A DNA stretch of 64,000 nucleotides, taken from the NCBI GenBank assembly GCA_963667845.2, contig CAXXVL010000002.1, positions 2,688,001-2,752,000 on the forward strand. The letters are read 5' to 3'. Positions 21,415 through 31,527 of this stretch are shown in pieces. The stretch's first letter is position 1, and each line of letters begins with the position of its first letter. Below the pieces are notes generated by a model. It saw nothing but the letters and a program-made list of their open reading frames with translations. It was not told the DNA's origin and did not search any database. The DNA is from Smithellaceae bacterium (GTDB lineage Bacteria > Desulfobacterota > Syntrophia > Syntrophales > Smithellaceae). A program made the translations under genes and the position numbers.

Positions 21415-22608
21415 ATGAGTGAAGCTGTAATTGTTGAATCCGTAAGAAGTCCAGGCGGTCGTTATAAAAGAGGCGGTCTTGCTTATACAAGATCAGATAA
21501 CTATGGGATCCAGGTTCTCAAAGGTTTGCTGGCCAGAGTGCCGGAACTGGATCCCGCTGATATCGATGATTTGATTGTTGGTTGTTCTTTCCCCGAGTGC
21601 GAGCAGGGTATGAATTTGGGCAGAATTCTGGCTATGGGTGCCGGTTTGCCGATTTCCGTTTCCGGTATGACGGTCAATCGTTTCTGCTCCTCCGGTGTTC
21701 AGGCGATTGCCGATGCGACGGCAAAGATTCGCGCCGGCTGGTCGGATGTCATTATCGCCGGCGGTTGCGAAACCATGAGCCATATTCCCATGGGCGGCTC
21801 CGCAATGCGCCCCAATCCTGATTGGAAGTTTGACGGCAGCATGCCCAATGTCTATATCAACATGGGCAATACGGCGGAAAACGTGGCGATGAATCACAAT
21901 GTTTCCCGTGAAGATATGGATAAGTTCGGCGTGGAAAGCAATCGCCGTGCTTTTGAAGCGATTAAAGCCGGTAAATTCAAAGAAGAGATTATTCCGATCC
22001 AGGCATTTAAATATGCGATTAAAAACGGCAAGCGCGTTCGCCAGACAGTTACTTTTGACACGGATGACGGTGTTCGTTGGCCGGTCACTATGGAAAACAT
22101 GGCGAAATTAAAATCACCCTTCAAGGCAGGCGGAAACGTCACGGCTGCCAACTCTTCTCAGATGACCGACGGTGCTGCTTTCTCGCTACTCATGACCGCA
22201 GAAAAAGCCAAAGCTTTGAAACTGAAACCCATTGCCAAGCTTACGCATTTTGCAGTAGCGGGTTGTATGTCTGAAGAAATGGGTGTCGGTCCTGCTTACG
22301 CCATCCCGAAAGTCTTGAAGCTGGCCGGTTTGACACCGAAAGACATTGATGTCTATGAAATCAACGAAGCTTTTGCTTCGCAGGCCATTTACTCCTGCCG
22401 CAGCATCGGTATTGAAGACCGTTATTGGGCCGGTGACATTAACCCCAACGGCGGCGCCATCGCTCTTGGTCATCCGCTGGGATGCACCGGTGCTAAATTG
22501 ACGGCTCAGTTGCTTCATGAACTGAAACGTCGTGGTGCAAAACGCGGTATCGTTTCGATGTGTATCGGCGGTGGTATGGGCGCGGCCGCTATTTATGAAA
22601 TGTTGTAA
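21415..22608 (+). CDS. Acetyl-CoA C-acyltransferase (thiolase)
   Basis: NRFCSSG, NEAFA, GHPLGCTG and SMCIGGG thiolase motifs; AGGAGG RBS. Confidence 0.95.
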   Translation: MSEAVIVESVRSPGGRYKRGGLAYTRSDNYGIQVLKGLLARVPELDPADIDDLIVGCSFPECEQGMNLGRILAMGAGLPISVSGMTVNRFCSSGVQAIADATAKIRAGWSDVIIAGGCETMSHIPMGGSAMRPNPDWKFDGSMPNVYINMGNTAENVAMNHNVSREDMDKFGVESNRRAFEAIKAGKFKEEIIPIQAFKYAIKNGKRVRQTVTFDTDDGVRWPVTMENMAKLKSPFKAGGNVTAANSSQMTDGAAFSLLMTAEKAKALKLKPIAKLTHFAVAGCMSEEMGVGPAYAIPKVLKLAGLTPKDIDVYEINEAFASQAIYSCRSIGIEDRYWAGDINPNGGAIALGHPLGCTGAKLTAQLLHELKRRGAKRGIVSMCIGGGMGAAAIYEML

Positions 22609-22648
22609 TTAGAAACCCCTCCTGCGCCAAGCTAAAAGCGTCGCTCGG

Positions 22649-22688
22649 GCCCTTCCGCCATGTCGAAGATTAGTAAAGGCGGAAGGGC
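22649..22688 (+). terminator. GC-rich stem-loop after the thiolase gene (possible terminator or stabiliser)
   Basis: GCCCTTCCGCC...GGCGGAAGGGC inverted repeat; no clear U-tract. Confidence 0.4.
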
Positions 22689-22792
22689 TGGCGGCAATTG
22701 ATTTTCTCCATATTGCCCTCATCTCGCGATTTGAGGAAAACAGTCTTTTTGCTTGAAATGCGTTAAAGTTTAGGCTATAGCAAACGGCACTT

Positions 22793-22867
22793 GGGCGGTT
22801 AACTCAGCGGGAGAGTGCTACCTTCACACGGTAGAAGTCGCTGGTTCAATCCCAGCACCGCCTACCA
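22793..22867 (+). tRNA. tRNA-Val(CAC)
   Basis: Acceptor stem GGGCGGT/ACCGCCT, anticodon arm CTACC-TTCACAC-GGTAG, GGTTCAATCC T-arm, encoded CCA. Confidence 0.96.
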
Positions 22868-22876
22868 TGAAAATTC

Positions 22877-22913
22877 AATAGGTTACGGATCAGATCCGTA
22901 ACCTATTTTTTTT
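22877..22913 (+). terminator. Intrinsic terminator of tRNA-Val
   Basis: AATAGGTTACGGAT-CAG-ATCCGTAACCTATT followed by T-run. Confidence 0.85.
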
Positions 22914-22931
22914 GGCGATGCGAGTGACGGA

Positions 22932-23339
22932 TCACCCTCGTTTTCGACTTGCCTGTTTATTCTTTTCGGCTTTTTTAAAACCGGCATTTCTGACAGATAC
23001 AACACTCGTGAAATCGGCATATACACTCTTCCCTGCAAGGTGTTGACTCATTAAAGAGAAGAGGTTTGTGTTTAGCTGGATCATTACAAGATCGTGAAGA
23101 TACGCGATGAGAAAACTTTCCCAGTCTTTACGACTCATAAGAAAGTCGAAGTATTCCTTATAAACACGTTCAGGGTATGCTGTTTCGTATCTGCCGTCCA
23201 TGGACACTTTGCAGTCCGGGCGGTGCGACCGGATCAAAAATTCTCCCCAGCCGAAAACGGCAATATCCTTCAATCCCAAAGAGCCCGGCTGAGGCTCTTC
23301 CGGGAAATAGAGAAATAAAAGATAACACAAAACGGTCAT
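22932..23339 (-). pseudogene. C-terminal remnant of a membrane (GT-C-like) protein gene
   Basis: WGEFLI...KVSMDGRYETAYP resembles the WG.YL.W...KVF.DGR C-terminal motif of such membrane proteins; no N-terminal TM region is present. Confidence 0.45.
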
Positions 23340-23697
23340 GATTGCAGTCCGGATACAGATTGCAGAATTTCCGGCCGAGATATTCCCTTTTAAGACTTCT
23401 TATGATATCGAATACTCATGGAGTCAGCTGAAATAATTTAAAATCATCTGTTTGTTCAATAACGGCTGTCGCGGTATTTTACTGCGTGCGGTCTATTACC
23501 GCGGCGAAGATAATGATGGAATCAATAATCAAAGCCAAAGAGGGTTCCGATTTACAAGATGCCTGTTTAATGGGATACTGTAATGAGTTACTTTGGACCG
23601 GAGACGGGAAACTTTTGTTCTTCGTCTGATAGGGAGTCTCGACCAGATTGTCCGTGAATCCACCTGTACTTAACATGGTCGTTGGAAGGAACAGAGG

Positions 23698-24453
23698 ATG
23701 TATAAAAATAAAAAAGTTGTTGTGGTGATGCCTGCATATAACGCAGCGCAGACGTTGAGAATGACCTATGACGAAGTCATGGCCCAGGAGATTGTTGATC
23801 GAGTGATCCTTGTAGACGACGCAAGCCATGATGAAACATCGTCGATCGCCCGACAGCTGCCCCAGACGATGGTTCATGTTCATGAAAGGAACAAGGGCTA
23901 CGGCGCCAATCAAAAGACTTGCTACAGACTTGCTCTGGAAGAGGGAGGGGATATCGTTATTATGGTCCACCCCGATTATCAGTATACACCCAAATTGATC
24001 CCTGCAATGGCTGCCATGATCGGAAACGGCCTTTATCATTGCGTCCTGGGATCGAGAATCCTCGGGGGGTACGCCGTAGCCGGGGGAATGCCGCTATGGA
24101 AGTATGTCTTCAACCGTTTCCTCACTTTTGCGGAAAATGTTCTGCTGGGTGCCAAGCTCTCAGAATATCACACGGGATATCGGGCGTTCTCCAGAGAACT
24201 CCTTGAGAAGTTGCCTCTCGAATCTAATTCCGACGATTTTGTGTTCGACAATCAAATGCTGGCTCAGATTGTATGGCTCGGTTATACAATTGCTGAGATC
24301 AGCTGTCCGACAAAATACTTCACAGAGGCATCATCGATTAATTTTCGGCGCAGCTTGAAGTATGGTTTAGGTTGTCTCCTGACGGCTTTTCAATATCGTA
24401 TGAGTAAATGGAGAATTAGCCGTTCATCATTGTTTCCAAAGGTGTATTCATGA
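23698..24453 (+). CDS. GT2 glycosyltransferase (DPM1-like)
   Basis: VVMPAYNAA, VDDASHD, N.GYGA, HPDYQY and SEYHTGYRAF motifs. Confidence 0.9.
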   Translation: MYKNKKVVVVMPAYNAAQTLRMTYDEVMAQEIVDRVILVDDASHDETSSIARQLPQTMVHVHERNKGYGANQKTCYRLALEEGGDIVIMVHPDYQYTPKLIPAMAAMIGNGLYHCVLGSRILGGYAVAGGMPLWKYVFNRFLTFAENVLLGAKLSEYHTGYRAFSRELLEKLPLESNSDDFVFDNQMLAQIVWLGYTIAEISCPTKYFTEASSINFRRSLKYGLGCLLTAFQYRMSKWRISRSSLFPKVYS

Positions 24454-25244
24454 CCGAGGTACGTCAAAATCGATTCCAGGATTTTTTCGAAAACGAAAAA
24501 TACGTTACATTAAAGAAGTTCTTATATAATTATATCCTCCGAAAGCATGCCGTCGAAGAAGCGATGCGGGATGAAAAGAAGGAACTTGTTCTGGAAATCG
24601 GCAGCGGTATTTCTCCTGTCTTCACATCATGGGACCGTATCGTCTATTCTGATTTGTCTCCGTCAGCGATGAACATGCTGAAAGAAATGCTCGGGAAAGG
24701 ACAATTCGTTGTGGCGGATGCTGCGAATTTACCTTTTAATGATCATTCCTTCTCTCACGTGATCGCTTCGGAGGTGTTAGAGCACTTAGAGGACGATAAA
24801 AGGGCCTTACTCGAAATTTCGAGGGTATTAAAACCCGACGGCGTCGTCATTATTACATTTCCACACCGCCGCTTTTATTTTTCATATGATGATCGCTTTG
24901 TTAAACACTATCGCCGTTATGAAATTTCTGACATGGTGAGCCGGTTGAGAGAATCGGGATTTCACCCCGTTTCCGTCAGCAAAGTTCTTGGACCGCTGGA
25001 GAAGATAACGACGCTTGCCGTTACGGCTTGTGCGTCTGCTATTGAAAGATTGAAAAGGAAAAGAGATTCATCGATAGATCATAAGGAACCGGCAGATGCG
25101 TTCATTACCCTTTTCAAGTGGGGGAATCGGTTATATGCTGCACTCGTTTGGCTGGACGCCCTGATGATGCCCAGAGCCTTGTCGACAGTTTTACTGATCA
25201 AAGCAAAAAAAATATCGAATGACCAATTATTCAGAGGCATGTGA
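24450..25244 (+). CDS. Class I SAM-dependent methyltransferase
   Basis: VLEIGSG, DAANLPF, EVLEHL, RVLKPDG motifs; ATGA overlap with the GT2 gene. Confidence 0.88.
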   Translation: MTEVRQNRFQDFFENEKYVTLKKFLYNYILRKHAVEEAMRDEKKELVLEIGSGISPVFTSWDRIVYSDLSPSAMNMLKEMLGKGQFVVADAANLPFNDHSFSHVIASEVLEHLEDDKRALLEISRVLKPDGVVIITFPHRRFYFSYDDRFVKHYRRYEISDMVSRLRESGFHPVSVSKVLGPLEKITTLAVTACASAIERLKRKRDSSIDHKEPADAFITLFKWGNRLYAALVWLDALMMPRALSTVLLIKAKKISNDQLFRGM

Positions 25245-25283
25245 CTTGGCTGTATCGAACTCTATTCCCGGATAAATTATATT

Positions 25284-25817
25284 TCAGATAACGCTTTTCA
25301 TGCTCGCCAGATATTTCCTGCAAAGATAGCGATAAGCTTCAATGCCGTCTCTGGCGGATGCTTTGTCTTTATCCGTGAGATCCCGGGTTATTTTTGCCGG
25401 GTTGCCGGCAACAATTTTTCCGGCGGGGATATGCATGCCTTTGGGAACGAGCGAACCCACCGAAACAAAAACATCTTCTTCGCAAACGACGTTAAACAGG
25501 ACAATAGCGCCGATGCCGATCATGCATCGGGAGTGGATGTGGACGTCGTGCAGAATAACGCCGTGGGCCACAGTAACGTCATCTCCGATGATGGTCCGGG
25601 AACCGGGATAAACGTGAATGACTGCATTGTCCTGAACGCTGGATCGATCACCGATAATGACCGGGCCAAAGTCAGCACGGATGGAGACACCGGGTGCGAT
25701 CAGGCACTCATGCCCAAGTTGGACATCACCGATCAAAACCGCATTCGGATGGACGAAGGAATCAGACGGGACCTGAGGCTTTTTGCCGTCAAATTCATAA
25801 AGCGCCATAAGGATCAC
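25284..25817 (-). CDS. Gamma carbonic anhydrase family protein
   Basis: Hexapeptide repeats with IRADF, QDNAVIH, VAHGVILH. Confidence 0.9.
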   Translation of the reverse strand: MILMALYEFDGKKPQVPSDSFVHPNAVLIGDVQLGHECLIAPGVSIRADFGPVIIGDRSSVQDNAVIHVYPGSRTIIGDDVTVAHGVILHDVHIHSRCMIGIGAIVLFNVVCEEDVFVSVGSLVPKGMHIPAGKIVAGNPAKITRDLTDKDKASARDGIEAYRYLCRKYLASMKSVI

Positions 25818-25826
25818 CTTGCCGGG

Positions 25827-26846
25827 TTAATAGGTTAAAGAAATATTTACCGACCCACCCCGCCCGAAAATATCATGCAGGTGGACATATCCTTTGAGTT
25901 TCTTCTTTTCGTTGACGACGGCCAGAGTGGTGATTTCTTTCTTCTGCATGAACTCCACCGTCTCCGCCAGAGATGCATTTTCATCAATGGTTTTAGGATT
26001 GGCCGTCATGATCTCGTCAATGGTGAGTCCCTCGAAGGATGTTCCGCTGTTGACCAGCCGTCGCACATCTCCGTCGGTCATGATGCCCAGCAGATTATTC
26101 CTGGTGTCTGTCACCAGAACGAATCCGACGTTCATCCGGTCGATTTCCGCAATAGCCTTCCTGGCGGATGTCTTGGTCCGCACGCGCGGAATTCTGTCGC
26201 CCACGACCATGGCGTCCCGGACGGTCGCTCTCAGCCTGGCGCCCAACGACCCGCCGGGGTGAAATTTATAAAAATCTGTTTCGCGGAATTTTCGCTTGTC
26301 GATCAGCGCAATGGCCAGAGCGTCTCCCATGGCCAGCGCTGCTGTGGAACTGGACGTGGGCGCCAGGCCGAAAGGGCAGGCTTCTTTTTCGACGGCCACG
26401 TCGATGACGATGTCGCTGTTTTTGGCGAGGGTCGACGAGAGCACGCCGGTAAACGAAATGATGGGCGCCCCGATAAATTTGACCGAGCTGATGATCGGCA
26501 TTAATTCCCGAGTTTCTCCGCTGTTCGAAATAGCCAACAAAATATCTTCTTTGGTTACAATTCCTAAATCGCCGTGAATGCCTTCCACGGGGTGCAGAAA
26601 GAGAGCCTGCGTTCCCGTGCTCGTCAGCGTGGCGACGATTTTCCGGCCGATTAAACCGGATTTTCCGATTCCGGTGATAATAACGCGACCCTTGCACTGA
26701 AAGATCAGATCAACAGCCCGCGTAAAATTCCCATTAATTTTATCCAGCAGACTCAAGATGCTCTGCGCTTCGATTCTTAATACTTCTTTAGCGAGTTCGA
26801 GAGTCTGTTTATTTTTGCCCATATCTTTGTCCTGCGCTTTACTCAT
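25827..26846 (-). CDS. kdsD: KpsF/GutQ family arabinose-5-phosphate isomerase (SIS + CBS domains)
   Basis: TGIGKSG, HGDLG, SNSGET, EACPFGLAPTSS, FHPGGSLG, C-terminal CBS pair; exact start uncertain. Confidence 0.88.
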   Translation of the reverse strand: MSKAQDKDMGKNKQTLELAKEVLRIEAQSILSLLDKINGNFTRAVDLIFQCKGRVIITGIGKSGLIGRKIVATLTSTGTQALFLHPVEGIHGDLGIVTKEDILLAISNSGETRELMPIISSVKFIGAPIISFTGVLSSTLAKNSDIVIDVAVEKEACPFGLAPTSSSTAALAMGDALAIALIDKRKFRETDFYKFHPGGSLGARLRATVRDAMVVGDRIPRVRTKTSARKAIAEIDRMNVGFVLVTDTRNNLLGIMTDGDVRRLVNSGTSFEGLTIDEIMTANPKTIDENASLAETVEFMQKKEITTLAVVNEKKKLKGYVHLHDIFGRGGSVNISLTY

Positions 26847-27000
26847 TTTGCCCCGTTTCAAGGGGTAGGGCAAAACTAGCAAAAAAAGCCGGACAAAACA
26901 AGAATCAATTGATGATTGACAGATCCGTTAAAATAAATCATGGTTTCGCGCGGTATTATTTGTTAAACGTATCGTATTCTGATCGGAAGTGATTGTAATT

Positions 27001-27777
27001 ATGAAAGCTGTTTTTATATCCGATGCTCACCTGAAACTGGCTGCAGACGAACGGTACGTTCAGCTTATTCATTTCCTGGCTGATCTGTGTGAGGGGAAGA
27101 TAAGATCACTTGTCGATGCCGGGGAACCGGGACCTGAGAAAACAGCCATTGATGACCTCTATATTCTTGGCGATTTTTTTGATTTCTGGTTTTGCATAAA
27201 GGATCATATCCATCCTGAATTCCGACCGGTGATCAGCAAACTGATCGAATTGCAGAAAAGTGGTGTGCGCATCCATTTGTGCGAAGGGAATCATGATTTC
27301 TTTATGAAAGAATATTTTCATGACGTGCTGGGCATGGAAGTCTTTGAAGAATGGGCGGACATCAAACTGGATCAGTTGCGGGTGCTCGTTGCTCACGGGG
27401 ATACCGCCGATCATTCTGATCGGATCTACCTGATGTTTCGCAAAATTCTTCGGAGCCGTCCCTTTTATCATATTCAGCGCTTTGTTCCCGCATCGCTTCG
27501 CTGGCTATTGGCCGGTCTGACCTCCAATGCCAGCAAGCAGTTAAATGATGATAACAGCGATTATCTGGTTGAGAAAATGCTTTCCTTTGCGAAGAAGAAA
27601 TTCAGCTCTGATTACGATGCCGTTATCCTTGGCCACTGTCATAAACCAGTGCTGCGCTATTTTGATATGGAGGGAAAGAACAGGGCGTTTGTCACTCTGG
27701 GCGACTGGATCAGACACTATTCTTTTCTCTACTATGAAAACGGCAAATTCTTTATGCGTTATTACCTGCCGCAATAA
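27001..27777 (+). CDS. lpxH: UDP-2,3-diacylglucosamine diphosphatase (LpxH-like metallophosphoesterase)
   Basis: FISDAHL, LGDFFDFW, GNHD, HGD, GHCH, LGDW motifs. Confidence 0.78.
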   Translation: MKAVFISDAHLKLAADERYVQLIHFLADLCEGKIRSLVDAGEPGPEKTAIDDLYILGDFFDFWFCIKDHIHPEFRPVISKLIELQKSGVRIHLCEGNHDFFMKEYFHDVLGMEVFEEWADIKLDQLRVLVAHGDTADHSDRIYLMFRKILRSRPFYHIQRFVPASLRWLLAGLTSNASKQLNDDNSDYLVEKMLSFAKKKFSSDYDAVILGHCHKPVLRYFDMEGKNRAFVTLGDWIRHYSFLYYENGKFFMRYYLPQ

Positions 27778-28016
27778 TTTTCATGATGTCATCAGTAGGG
27801 TTGCCCGGATGAACGAAAAACTGGACAGATTTCCTTCTTTATGCTAGGAAACCCGATCTTTTTATATAGAAGGACATCGCGAATCTCCGGGAATTTGTTT
27901 AATCCCGCTTTTGCGGGACGAGCGTTAATTCTCCGTAGCTTGCTGCGAGGTGGTTGATCAGTTCCCCAAACGTTTATAAACACGCTGATTCGCATCAGCG
28001 GCCATGAAAAATAAGG

Positions 28017-28871
28017 ATGAGAATTATGAATTTCGGGGGGATCTATCCGGCATGTTCACTTAAGGACGCTCAGTTTGTTGTCATTCCGGTTCCCTATGAC
28101 CTGACGTCGACCTATCAGCCCGGCAGTCGCCGTGGACCGGCCGCAATAATCGAAGCTTCCACCAATATGGAACTCTATGACGAAGAGTTGAAGAAAGAAA
28201 CATACTTGGCCGGGATTCATACGACTCTGCCGGTGACGGTGGATGCCCGCGGACCGAAAAATATGGTCAATGCCGTGCGCAAGAAAATCAGCCGCGTGAT
28301 TGCATTGGATAAAATTCCGGTCATGTTGGGCGGGGAACACAGCATATCACTTGGAGCCGTGCAGGCCGTCCATGAACGATATCCGAAGCTGACTGTCCTG
28401 CAAATGGACGCTCATGCCGATTTGCGCGACAGTTATCAGGGTACACCCTATAATCACGCCTGCGTGGCCAGAAGGATTACCGAAATTTGTCCTTTGGTAC
28501 AGGTCGGCATTCGCAGCATGAGCAAGGAAGAAGGAGATTATCTGCCGCAAAGCAAGGTCAAGTCTTACAGTGCCGACTACGTTTTGGAGAATGGCAAATG
28601 GGCCCAAACCGTCTGTAAAGATTTGCGCGGGGATGTCTTCATTACCATCGATCTGGATGTATTCGATCCATCGATCATGTCCGCAACCGGTACGCCCGAG
28701 CCCGGAGGCCTTGCCTGGCGCGAGGTTCTGCAGCTGCTGCGCCTGGTTTCGCAAAAGTGCGATATTCGCGGTTTTGACGTTGTCGAGTTGGCGCCGCTGC
28801 CGGGAGTGGTCGCCCCGGATTTCATGGCTGCCAAACTGATCTATCGATTAATGGGTTACATCACCGAATAG
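28017..28871 (+). CDS. speB: Agmatinase
   Basis: GGEHS, DAHADLRD, DLDVFDPS, TGTPEPGG; directly upstream of an arginine decarboxylase gene. Confidence 0.92.
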   Translation: MRIMNFGGIYPACSLKDAQFVVIPVPYDLTSTYQPGSRRGPAAIIEASTNMELYDEELKKETYLAGIHTTLPVTVDARGPKNMVNAVRKKISRVIALDKIPVMLGGEHSISLGAVQAVHERYPKLTVLQMDAHADLRDSYQGTPYNHACVARRITEICPLVQVGIRSMSKEEGDYLPQSKVKSYSADYVLENGKWAQTVCKDLRGDVFITIDLDVFDPSIMSATGTPEPGGLAWREVLQLLRLVSQKCDIRGFDVVELAPLPGVVAPDFMAAKLIYRLMGYITE

Positions 28872-28897
28872 ATAAACCCTTAAACAAATTATTTTAC

Positions 28898-29461
28898 ATG
28901 GAGATAAAAAAATTGAATCCGAGTGTTCCCAGAAAAATATTCTTTACAAAAGGCGTCGGCGCCCACAAAGAAGAATTGCATTCCTTTGAATTGGCGCTGC
29001 GCGACGCAGGCATCGAAAAGTGTAATCTGGTGCAGGTATCCAGCATATTTCCGCCGGGATGCAAAGTGATTTCCAAAGCGCAGGGCATTAAAGAACTGCA
29101 GCCGGGTGCGATTACCTACTGCGTGATGAGCAGGTGCTGCAGCAATGAGCCCCGCCGGCTTCTTGCGGCGTCGGTCGGTCTGGCTATTCCCGCCGATAAG
29201 AAAACATATGGCTATATCAGCGAACATCACGCGTTTGGACGAACGGAAAAAGAGACCGGCGATTATGCGGAAGATCTGGCTGCCGCTATGCTGGCGTCTA
29301 CGCTGGGCATCGATTTTGATATTGATGAAAGCTGGGACGAGAAAAAAGAAATCTTCAAGATCAGCGGCAAGATCGTCAGTACGCGCAATATCACTCAGTC
29401 AACCATTGTCAAGAGCAATTGGTATACGACCGTTGTCGCAGCTGCGGTTTTCATCTTCTGA
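28898..29461 (+). CDS. Pyruvoyl-dependent arginine decarboxylase
   Basis: SFELALRDAGI..NLVQVSSIFPP (Ser-Ser self-cleavage site), YGYISEHH. Confidence 0.9.
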   Translation: MEIKKLNPSVPRKIFFTKGVGAHKEELHSFELALRDAGIEKCNLVQVSSIFPPGCKVISKAQGIKELQPGAITYCVMSRCCSNEPRRLLAASVGLAIPADKKTYGYISEHHAFGRTEKETGDYAEDLAAAMLASTLGIDFDIDESWDEKKEIFKISGKIVSTRNITQSTIVKSNWYTTVVAAAVFIF

Positions 29462-29546
29462 ACAAGAATAGCGCCCAATGTTCAAATAACTCCTTGACAA
29501 ACAAGGGAGATAATGGTCTAAGGTCAGTTCTTCAAACATGTTCTGT

Positions 29547-29623
<77 letters not shown>

Positions 29624-29631
29624 ATAAAATT

Positions 29632-29664
29632 AAGGGGTTGGTGAAAAAACGCCAGCCCCTTTTT
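29632..29664 (+). terminator. Intrinsic terminator after tRNA-fMet
   Basis: AAGGGGTTGG...CCAGCCCCTT followed by T-run. Confidence 0.7.
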
Positions 29665-29755
29665 CTATTCGGGTGTAACCTTCCTTGCCTCCGGCAGATA
29701 GACAGTGATTAACCGGAAATCTCTTATCACGCTGTAAAAATCGCCCAACACTCAA

Positions 29756-30514
29756 TTATCCGAGGGCCGAATAACCGCCGTCAACGGGAATCGCCGCGCC
29801 GGTGATGAAATCCGCCGCCGAACTGGCCAGGAAAACGGCCACACCTGCCAGATCATCGGCACTGCCCCATTTACCGGCCGGTGTCCGGGCAATGACGCGC
29901 TCGTTCAACCCGCAAACGGCCTGTCGGGCCTGTTGTGTCAGCTCGGTATCTATCCAGCCGGGTAAAATGGCGTTAACCTGGATAGCATCAACGGCCCAAG
30001 CCGTGGCCATCGATTTGGTTAGTTGAACGATGCCGCCTTTGCTGGAGCTGTATGCCGGCGCGTAAGGAGAGCCAAAGATGGAGAGCATTGATCCAATATT
30101 AATAATCTTGCCGCCTCCATTCTGCTTCATGTATGGATAGGCGGCACGAGCGCAGAGAAAGGCACTGGTCAGATTGGTATCCAGCACTTGCCGCCATTCT
30201 TCCAAAGCCAAATCTTGAACAGGTTTCCGTATGCTCATCCCGGCATTATTGATCAGGATGTCAATCTTACCGTATTGCCGGTTGGTTTCAGAGACCATGT
30301 CGGCTACCGATTGCTCACCCCGTACGTCCACCTCGATGGCAAGCGCCTCAGCGCCCAGGGCTTGCAAATCAAGAACCGCCGCCCGGGACTTCTCCTTATT
30401 CCGTGCCGCAATGACGATTTTCGCCCCGGCCTGAGCCAATCCACGAGCCATACCAAGCCCAATTCCACCGTTGCCACCGGTGACGATGGCCACTTTTCCT
30501 TTTATATTAAACAT
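29756..30514 (-). CDS. SDR family oxidoreductase (KduD/gluconate 5-dehydrogenase-like)
   Basis: TGGNGGIG, NNAG, YSSSK, VNAILPGW, VDGG; GAGGA RBS before ATG 30514. Confidence 0.88.
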   Translation of the reverse strand: MFNIKGKVAIVTGGNGGIGLGMARGLAQAGAKIVIAARNKEKSRAAVLDLQALGAEALAIEVDVRGEQSVADMVSETNRQYGKIDILINNAGMSIRKPVQDLALEEWRQVLDTNLTSAFLCARAAYPYMKQNGGGKIINIGSMLSIFGSPYAPAYSSSKGGIVQLTKSMATAWAVDAIQVNAILPGWIDTELTQQARQAVCGLNERVIARTPAGKWGSADDLAGVAVFLASSAADFITGAAIPVDGGYSALG

Positions 30515-30721
30515 GATTCGATTCCTCGATTCCGCCAATGGTTTTGGCCATTTTTTTCTTCTATTCCAGATTGCCTTGCCGGGCGATCATGATGCGCTGC
30601 GCTTGGGGCGGAGATCCCGCGCCGTGCATCGATTGGTCCGGTAGCTGACCGCTGCCGTTCCCCGGGTAAGGTTTTCAACCAGACGCAGAGTACTGAACCG
30701 GTCTTCACAGGATGCGGGGCA

Positions 30722-31486
30722 TCAGATTTGCGATGCAAAAAGAGCCGCTCCCAGCGCTCCCATCAGTTGCGGATTTTCCGCGACGACAATCTTTTCTCCA
30801 ATTTCTTTTTCAAGAGCGTCGACAACCCCTTTATTCAGGGCCACACCACCCGTCATTACCACGTCTAGCATCATCCCGACTCTGCTTCCCAGTCCCGCCA
30901 CTCTTTTGGCGACGGCTCTATGCGCCCCTTTGGCCACGTTTTCCCGTTTCGCTCCGGACGCCATCTGAGAAATAACCTCCGATTCGGCAAAGACGGTGCA
31001 GGTATTGCTGATAATGATTTCTTCCGTGGCATGATCGGAAAGCTTTGCCAGATTGTCGATGCCGCAGTCCAGAATTCTGGCCATAACCTCCAGAAATCTG
31101 CCCGTACCGGCGGCGCACTTCTCATTCATGACAAAATTTTCCACTTTGCCGTTTGCATCCAGACGGATAATTTTTGCATCCTGCCCGCCGATATCGATCA
31201 CGGTTCTGGCATTCGGCATCAGGTGAGCCACTCCTTTGGCATGACAACTGATTTCGGTGATCTGTTTATCCGCCCGGTCATATGTTATTCTTCCATAACC
31301 CGTAACGACTGCGGCCTTAATCTGTTCGCGGTCAATCCCGGCTTCCCGCAGGGCTGCCGTTATAGCCTTATCGGGGCCCTGTGTTCCGGCCCCCGTATTG
31401 ATCACCGCTTTGCCCATTATTTTTTTCTGTTCGTTTATAATAACCGCCTTTGAGGAAGACGACCCGATATCAATGCCTAAAAACAC
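30722..31486 (-). CDS. 2-hydroxyacyl-CoA dehydratase activator (HgdC/HadI/FldI-type ASKHA ATPase)
   Basis: GIDIGSSSSK, TGYGR, EISCHAKG, DIGGQD, MNEKCAAGTG, CTVFAESE. Confidence 0.92.
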   Translation of the reverse strand: MFLGIDIGSSSSKAVIINEQKKIMGKAVINTGAGTQGPDKAITAALREAGIDREQIKAAVVTGYGRITYDRADKQITEISCHAKGVAHLMPNARTVIDIGGQDAKIIRLDANGKVENFVMNEKCAAGTGRFLEVMARILDCGIDNLAKLSDHATEEIIISNTCTVFAESEVISQMASGAKRENVAKGAHRAVAKRVAGLGSRVGMMLDVVMTGGVALNKGVVDALEKEIGEKIVVAENPQLMGALGAALFASQI

Positions 31487-31527
31487 TTTTGCTCCCTTCC
31501 GATGGATAATCCATGCGGTTGCCGTTT

